Source of the DNA: Trichomonas gallinae
Taxonomy: Eukaryota
Assembly: GCA_008369845.1 (NCBI GenBank)
Contig: MRSU01010299.1
Location: 1 to 35,791, forward strand
DNA length: 35,791 nucleotides
Reading direction: 5' to 3'
The notes under the pieces are model-generated. The model searched no databases and was not told the origin of the DNA. It saw only the letters and a list, made by a program, of their open reading frames with translations. The stretch's first letter is position 1; every line of letters begins with the position of its first letter. Made by a program: the position numbers and the translations under genes. Shown here piece after piece: positions 28,942 through 35,791 of this stretch.

Positions 28942-29615
28942 TTTTTTTTTTATATTGAAGATTAAAAATTTACATTTGATATTTGACACGTAAAGTCAAA
29001 AATTAGATTTTGACATTTTGACAAAATGATTTTGACAATTGTCAGAATGTTAAAAAATTTATAATCATAATATTTTCTGTAGTTAAAGGTATATATACCT
29101 GGTATTTACAGCAGAATTCTTCCAAATTAAGGTTATGGGTACAGTAAGACCATAAAACTTAGAAAATCGAAAAAAAAAAAAAGAAATTTATCTTTTAGAA
29201 TGTACAATATACCATATTGATCTAATAGGCTAGTTATATTATTCTAATCACCTTCGCTAGTAGACATAGATTAGTCACTTGATGAATTTTTGACAAATCA
29301 CAAAAATAAGTTGTTAGCTTTCGCTAGTTTGTATTAAACGAATCTACTGCTGATATACTATTGAATGCCATAAAAAAATATCGAAATGCCGATTCTTTAA
29401 TTTTTCCACCAATAAGGTTATAATTCAAAAAATTAAATAATAAGGTTAATTCTCGGTTGCATTAAAAATGATTGATAGCAGGATTTAAACGTTTTCATTC
29501 TTTCTAAGTTATTAAATCTATTGATACACTTGAAGCCATATTTACATACAAAGTATCATGTGTTGATTACATATCCATTGTTGAGTTATGAATGCGAAAA
29601 ATTACATAAAATTTA

Positions 29616-31076
29616 ATGTGTAAATGGAAACATTTAAAGTATTTTTTGATATATCTCTATATATTTCTATGTTTGAGATTCATAAGTAATTTCGAGAAAG
29701 AACTTGAAACCGCTTTTAATATGCAGAATCGAACAAGAGTCTTCGAAATTCGAGAAGAGATAAAATCTGCATTCAAAGATGCATACAACGACTATTTAAC
29801 ATATGCAAAGGGATATGACCATTTAGCTCCAGTAACCAAGCACGGCATTGATCAGTTTGGATTATCATTTTCATTATATGATTCTTTAGATACATTATTA
29901 CTTATGAACTTGACGAAAGAATTTGATATTACTACAGATTACATCATGAAACAAACAAAATACAACGAAAATTTAAATAAATCAGTCTTTGAATTAACAA
30001 TTCGAAATATTGGAGCTTTAATAACTACATTTGAGCAAACAAACGATTACAGATTCCTAAATAAAGCGGAAGAATTTGCGAAAATGATAATTAATTCAAA
30101 AATATTCGATACAAATCTTCATTATCCAAAAGCGCTTTTTAATTTACAAGAAAACAAGTCATATGATCATGATTGGAATTTGTATTCATCAATTCTATCA
30201 GATCTTGGAAGTATGCAAATGGAATTTTTTTCTTTGACGCATCATACGGGAAAAATGATTTATTGGGAAAAAGTAGACTATATTAAGTATCTAGTACAAC
30301 AATATGTTGTTCCTCCATGCTCAATTCACCATGATTATTCTTTTGGTAGACAACACACTTTTTATACTTTCGACGCTTTAGGCGATTCATACTTTGAATA
30401 TCTCCTGAAGATGTATTTGCTTGCCCCATTAAACAGCTCATATTGTCCCTCAGCATTTTACAGGGCAATCAAGCGTGCAACGAAACAATTTCTCAAAACA
30501 TCGATATATGGAAACTACGAGTTCCTAGATACGATCAAAAACAACAAATTCACCAACTCAATGACGCATCTTTCATATTTTCTGCCCGGAACTCTTTTTC
30601 TCGCTGAAAAAACATTTTCAAGTGTAAAACTTTTTTCTGATTTGGGCGACAGACTCATGAAAACTGCCACAGGGATGCACAGGCGAGTGATGACTGGTTT
30701 GAGTGCCGATGAGATGCTGTTCACCCCGTCTTCCGTGCAATTAGTAGTTGATGCATATAAATTAAGGCCGGAATACGTGGAATCTTTGTTTTATTTATGG
30801 CGGGTGAGGCACACATATACAGCAAGAAAGCTTGCATTGGAGTATTTCCAGAATTTAAAGAGATATGCTAAAGTTGGAAATGCATTCACAACAATTTCAA
30901 ATGTTGACTATATAATACAATCACAGGAAGATATAATGGACTCATTCTTTTTGAGTGAGACCCTTAAATACTTATATCTGACGTTTAGTGACGATAATGA
31001 AATATCTCTCGATGATTACGTTTTCACGACTCAGGCTCATTACTTAAAGAAAAAGAATCGATTACAACATATCTAG
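29616..31076 (+). CDS. Class I alpha-1,2-mannosidase (glycoside hydrolase family 47), type II membrane protein
   Basis: N-terminal signal anchor; YAKGYDHLAP, DSLDTLLLM, SVFELTIR, DSYFEYLLK, LRPEYVESLFYLWR, MDSFFLSETLKYLYL, VFTTQAH. Confidence 0.95.
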   Translation: MCKWKHLKYFLIYLYIFLCLRFISNFEKELETAFNMQNRTRVFEIREEIKSAFKDAYNDYLTYAKGYDHLAPVTKHGIDQFGLSFSLYDSLDTLLLMNLTKEFDITTDYIMKQTKYNENLNKSVFELTIRNIGALITTFEQTNDYRFLNKAEEFAKMIINSKIFDTNLHYPKALFNLQENKSYDHDWNLYSSILSDLGSMQMEFFSLTHHTGKMIYWEKVDYIKYLVQQYVVPPCSIHHDYSFGRQHTFYTFDALGDSYFEYLLKMYLLAPLNSSYCPSAFYRAIKRATKQFLKTSIYGNYEFLDTIKNNKFTNSMTHLSYFLPGTLFLAEKTFSSVKLFSDLGDRLMKTATGMHRRVMTGLSADEMLFTPSSVQLVVDAYKLRPEYVESLFYLWRVRHTYTARKLALEYFQNLKRYAKVGNAFTTISNVDYIIQSQEDIMDSFFLSETLKYLYLTFSDDNEISLDDYVFTTQAHYLKKKNRLQHI

Positions 31077-31255
31077 CGTTCAATATCAATGTGTGAGACA
31101 TTGAATAGATATTTTTTTTTTTTTTTCAAATTATTTCTCGATTTGTTTCATTTTTCTAACTACTACTTAAAACACGATTAATTAAATTTTTAAAACAGGA
31201 CAAAATGTTTTATAATGTTAACATCCTATTTTTATAATATTTTATAATATTAATA

Positions 31256-31739
31256 TTAATAAATTTGTTCAAAAAATGATTTTAAATGAGCTGTTTTTAA
31301 AACTGTGTGATATATGTATTGAAATAGTATGATATATATATTATAGAAGAACACACACATTTCGCGAAATGTGAAAAATTCTGTGTCAGCTCTCATACTT
31401 AACGAATGCAATGAATCACTGAGTTTATCACACGTGTTGAGTATGAGAGCTGACAAGAATCTTGTATTTTCAAGATAAACTTCAAAAACTCAAAACTCTT
31501 GTTTCGATGTCTGATGCATCAAAAGATGGCACAAAATACTGGGCATCACCAATTGATGAGTAAGACATCGAATCAGAACGAATATAATTCATAAATTGAA
31601 TTTCATTCTGAGGAATGACTCGAAAACGCGTATTTCGGAATTGTCCGAACGAAATCGACTCAAAACTTGTATATATCATTATAATAATGCATGTAATATA
31701 CTGACAAAGTTTGGAGCAAAAATACATTTCTATCGTCAT
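31256..31739 (-). pseudogene. Possible frameshifted gene relic of unknown family
   Basis: ORF 31739-31482 joins ORF 31456-31256 by removing one T from AGTTTTTGAA (..DIETRVLS|FEVYLENTRFLSALILNTCDKLS..); composition is more coding-like than the flanks. Confidence 0.35.
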
Positions 31740-32621
31740 TGGTACACCTCTTAATCAACATTTAATTTTTGTGTGTTGATAAATACGTATTTATTTGGCA
31801 AAAATATATACAAAAGTGCCACGGCGGTTTTGGAGAGCGCCAGTCCAAGCGCCAAATGTCACTTTTTGCGCCATTTCGACATGTATATTAATATGGTATT
31901 ATTTTTATATTAAAATATTGATATATTTTTTTGCAAAACAAAAAAGAAAAAAAGATACCCTTCAAGCGAGATTCGAACGTAGTACGTTTACTGAGATTGT
32001 GCCGTTTCATTTTTCTACATATATAATGCTCTCCCCTCCTCCTATTGATTGCCAACTCCTGCAATAAAATTGAGAGATGACCGTCAGATTCAAAAATGAC
32101 CCAAAAAATTACATACGGTATCATTAATAAAAATTCACTAAGATTGGCATTTAATTATATGGTAAAAAGTGAAATTACTGAATTATAGATTATGATTCTG
32201 TTCATAGATTTTCAAAATCTATGAACTTGAAAAATACAAGAAATAATTTCGGCTCTATTGTTGAAAATATTATCTAATGCTTACTTAGCAGTAAATACAA
32301 GAAAGTTGGTCGATCGATTTTGCCTTTGGCATGATTTATAATATTTTTCATTGATTGACTGGCCTTTTGAAACAAAAGGGAGATTTAGATTGCATAATCA
32401 TGAGTTTTAGGATCGATATGATGCAAAAATTCAAGGAATAAGAGTGATGACGCAAAGATTATTGTTTTCAACAGCAGTTAAAATGTTAATGTCTTTTTAC
32501 TGGCTAAAAGCCTTCTTACAGGGCATGTTTTACAGGCATAGGATGTTTTGTTATAATAATTTATTGAAAATGAAAAAAAAGAAGATAATTTAAAAATATC
32601 ACATTTTAGAATAGGATCTGC

Positions 32622-33056
32622 TTAAGCATTGCACTTGCAGCCGTTCTCAAGGAAGTAAACGATGAGCATAACAAGGGAGATGATCCACTGCATGGAGGCT
32701 GCGGCGATACCAAGATCAGCGGATGTACCAAGGATGGCAATACCAGTGAGAACGTAGATGACAACACGGAGAATGACTGAGTCAACAAACTTGAAGTACT
32801 GTGGAACGATTACAAGACCGAGCTCAGCAACAGCCATAACAAGTGAAATCAAACCATAAATGAAGAGAGAGCATAACAAATAGTATGATAGGTTAACGCC
32901 AGCATAATCTTTTGGAGCATAGCCTGAACGCACTTTATTTGCGTCGCCATAGTTCAATTTATCATACATATAGAAGCAAGAAGCACCAGCGATGACTTCG
33001 ACAGCGAAGGCAATGAATGGGATAATTCTCTTAACGATGTCTGGAACAGCAACCAT
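32622..33056 (-). CDS. COPI-associated / TVP15-like small Golgi membrane protein
   Basis: Four hydrophobic helices with AEL..PQYFKFVDSVILRVVIYVLTG (the E....yF.Fl....gRg..Y...G pattern); strongly biased codons suggest high expression. Confidence 0.75.
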   Translation of the reverse strand: MVAVPDIVKRIIPFIAFAVEVIAGASCFYMYDKLNYGDANKVRSGYAPKDYAGVNLSYYLLCSLFIYGLISLVMAVAELGLVIVPQYFKFVDSVILRVVIYVLTGIAILGTSADLGIAAASMQWIISLVMLIVYFLENGCKCNA

Positions 33057-33064
33057 CGATCTAA

Positions 33065-33074
33065 AATGAAGTGA
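33065..33074 (-). promoter_or_regulatory. Tandem initiators TCACT-TCATT
   Basis: Minus strand reads TCACTTCATTTTAGATCG-ATG upstream of 33056. Confidence 0.65.
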
Positions 33075-34313
33075 GAATTCGTTAACTTTAAATTTTTCTC
33101 AAAATGCGAAAAAAAAAAAAAAAAACGAACAAAACTTTGTGTGTAACCTCTTTTTTATATCATTTTTTATTTGATTCATTGCGTCATAATAATAAGAATT
33201 ACAGAATATCAAAATTTAACTAGAAAACCTTATCGTTAATATTATTACATATGAAGCATGTAGCAATATTTTTGTACCATTTGAAGAAAGATATTTGAAA
33301 GAAACCGCTCCATTTCAAAAGCAATAATCTAATGTACGTTTATTGCGCTGAAATAATATTAACGTTTTTTTGTTGGTCTACTAAATCTTAAAAATGAGTG
33401 ACATGATCATAATATATTTGATCAAAGATTTTATTCCAACAGTGTTATCAACAGAATCAGAATGTGTATCTATAACATATGATACTTTCATTTTACTTTT
33501 ATCACAAATTGCAATAAATGTATTTTATCTTGTGAAGTCAAAACAATGATGTACACAATGTATAGTCTATTTCTGTTGATCGACCATTTTCGCATCGTCA
33601 TAATACGATAGATTTTTTTTTATTTTGAATATCAATCGTTTGTTTTATCGTTAATCTTTCAAATTAGGGTAACCTAAAAAAGGCAAAAATCTTGGTGCAA
33701 ACTATTTCGTTTTGGATTAGTATTCGTATTTTACTAGCAAATTTAAGTTTGATTATCGGTTCCATGCCATTTCATTTCTGACATTTATACAGTTTTGATA
33801 GTATTTATTGCTAATTGAAAAAAGGTTTTTAGCCGTGTAATCTTCATATCTCTTATTTCTATTATTTTCTACATCATACTAATTATTATCTCCATATTTT
33901 GATATCAAAATTTATTGAACTGTCTTCAGAATCACTTTTCAAGCATATTCCTATATTTACAACATAATGTAACATCGTTTGCTGTATTCCAATGACGTCT
34001 ATCATCAATCTTATTCCTTTTTTAATTTGATTTACTATTTTTTAACTTTTGGCATTAATCGGTCCGTATAGACAACTAGCTTTACCACATACACATCAAC
34101 TACTAACGTTATTATTTAAATTTCGATACGAAACGAGATTCATAATTGTTTTGATCGTGATTTATCAATTTGAAATTTGCAATTTATATGATATATAGTA
34201 TACATATACAATCACATATCAATATTCACTAGTTTTAATTTTTATTGCTTTTTTATTAATTTTTTGTTTTGAGGACAAAAACATGGTAAAATGGAGTCTA
34301 TATAGTTGATAGT

Positions 34314-35417
34314 TTATTTCTTAAGAGTTGATTCAACAGATTTGAAATAATCAATTGCAACGTCTTCAACATATGAATGTTGTCCATTCATACCTGTTGT
34401 AAATGCAACATGGCCACCTTCAGGTGTTGATATGTATGCGACATTTGGTGAATTCTGGATATCTTTGATCGGAACGAATTTCTGAGAAGTAAATGGATCA
34501 TCTTCGGCGTTGAATATAAGGAGAGGTACCTTAGCTTGCATAACTTTGTCGTAGATATTAACGGCGCGATAATAATCATCGCATGTTTGTAGACCTAATT
34601 CTTTGGAAGTCCAAGCATTGTCAAGTTCTCTCAATGTCTTTGCATTCATGCATTCTTTCATCTGTTCTTCTGGAATGAAAGGATTTTTCTTTAATGTCTT
34701 TTTAATGGATTGAAGCATTGGTGGAATGTAGAACATAAGCTGTACTTTACCTTCCAGCTTGTGAGATAGGAATTCTGCATCAATTGGATGAGAAATAGAC
34801 ATAATTGCATCAACATCGTCATATTTCGTAGAATAGATTGCAGCAATTGACGAACCAAGTGAAAATCCGACAATATAAATGCGTGGAGGGTTGGCTGTCT
34901 TATTAAGGTGCTCAATAAGAAAATGAAGATCATCAACACGGAGTGCATCATACAAACGCTTTGTTGTGATTGGAGATCCATTAGCGCCTCTGCATGTAGC
35001 AACGACAACCTTGTAACCAGCTTTCATTCCTTTCATACACATATTGCCTGTGCAAGGTTCGCGCGTTCCACCTCCTAGTGTATGACAAACAACTAGTAAT
35101 GCGGCATTATCAGGTGTATTTGGTGCAACAAACCAGTCAAGAATGACTGTGCCACCATCTGGGAATTTAACTTCTTCTCTTCCTGGTTTAAATGATGCTT
35201 TCTTACGGAATTGTATACCCCAAACAGTAGAAAAGTGACCATTAATGAGCCATGGTGTCGGAACATATGGTTTTTCGATGGATCTCATCTTGGCCAATAT
35301 CGGAGCTATATTTCCGTTCTCGTTCACAATGACGCGCGGTATGTAGCGTCTCGTCAGCCTATAAATGGCTAACAAAACTAAAGCGGCAACGAGAAACAAG
35401 AATAGACCAAAAATCAT
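34314..35417 (-). CDS. Alpha/beta hydrolase of the ABHD1/2/3-YheT family, N-terminally anchored
   Basis: YVPTPWLINGH, FPDGGTVILDW, nucleophile GFSLG, acid NAEDDPF, His GGHVAF. Start 35417 (MIFGLF) preferred; in-frame ATG also at 35450. Confidence 0.93.
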   Translation of the reverse strand: MIFGLFLFLVAALVLLAIYRLTRRYIPRVIVNENGNIAPILAKMRSIEKPYVPTPWLINGHFSTVWGIQFRKKASFKPGREEVKFPDGGTVILDWFVAPNTPDNAALLVVCHTLGGGTREPCTGNMCMKGMKAGYKVVVATCRGANGSPITTKRLYDALRVDDLHFLIEHLNKTANPPRIYIVGFSLGSSIAAIYSTKYDDVDAIMSISHPIDAEFLSHKLEGKVQLMFYIPPMLQSIKKTLKKNPFIPEEQMKECMNAKTLRELDNAWTSKELGLQTCDDYYRAVNIYDKVMQAKVPLLIFNAEDDPFTSQKFVPIKDIQNSPNVAYISTPEGGHVAFTTGMNGQHSYVEDVAIDYFKSVESTLKK

Positions 35418-35791
35418 CTGAAATTTGATTAGTTTACAAATCGCGATCATTTTTACATATCATATTTTGTCAAATGTAAACTTTTTTGTCAAATATTAAA
35501 TAACATAATAAAATATGAACAAACCAGATAAGACAATACTGCAATACAATTATCATTTTCTCGTTAAGACTTCACAATCACTAAATTTCAATCTTCAATA
35601 CGTTAATAATTTATCAAGAAATTGAATTTTTTAGCATCTAACAAAGGGCCATCAAATATTTTTCCGTTATTTCGCAAAAATGCTCGATTGAACAAACTTA
35701 AGTCTTTTGGCCCACACATTTTTAGCCCAGGACTTATCTGATTGCCAACCAAATTAACATTACATATGTCATATGGCAAGCTGAATAATTT

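Noticed and set aside
31956..32030. Intact tRNA gene
   Set aside because: B-box present, but no pairing T-stem, D-arm/A-box or anticodon arm could be built; kept only as a finding.
32490..32540. U5 snRNA loop-like GCCTTCTTAC and short TTACAGG(G)CAT duplication
   Set aside because: Does not match the invariant GCCTTTTAC loop, no enclosing stem is evident, and it lies just downstream of a gene.
33380..33520. Minus-strand KVSYVIDTHSDSVDN resembling a metallo-beta-lactamase motif
   Set aside because: Lacks HxHxDH, short and flanked by stops; cannot be distinguished from chance.

Overview
AT-rich, gene-dense eukaryotic DNA that looks like Trichomonas vaginalis or a close parabasalid. The evidence is almost intron-free genes, TCA(Y)W initiators just before ATGs, CCTTT and AAAGTGAC promoter motifs, a TAAA signal overlapping a stop codon, and family content (R2R3-Myb, transmembrane cyclase, ankyrin, Sel1). 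The window holds about 19 protein genes: the 3' end of RPS18, a Myb factor, a PAS/pseudo-cyclase membrane protein, an AIR9-like LRR/Ig protein, an ankyrin-RING protein, cyclophilin H, an S28 pseudopeptidase, CDC50, an IST1-like protein, a PPP phosphatase, a Sel1 protein, NFACT-R, a GH47 mannosidase, a COPI-associated protein, an ABHD/YheT hydrolase and unknowns. It also holds several gene relics. The top lead is the ankyrin-RING gene, which extends about 390 nt upstream of the ORF-track call. It is interrupted by two similar 17-18 nt inserts (GTTCATT...TAT and GTTCATT...TAA) at the same position of consecutive ankyrin repeats; these are candidate ultrashort non-GT-AG introns. Also notable are a recurrent TTTACAYGWCAAA intergenic motif, a roughly 105-bp degenerate tandem array built on it, and an unannotated S1-domain (Rrp4/Rrp40-like) frame with an in-frame TGA. 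All family calls are by-eye motif recognition; no searches were run.
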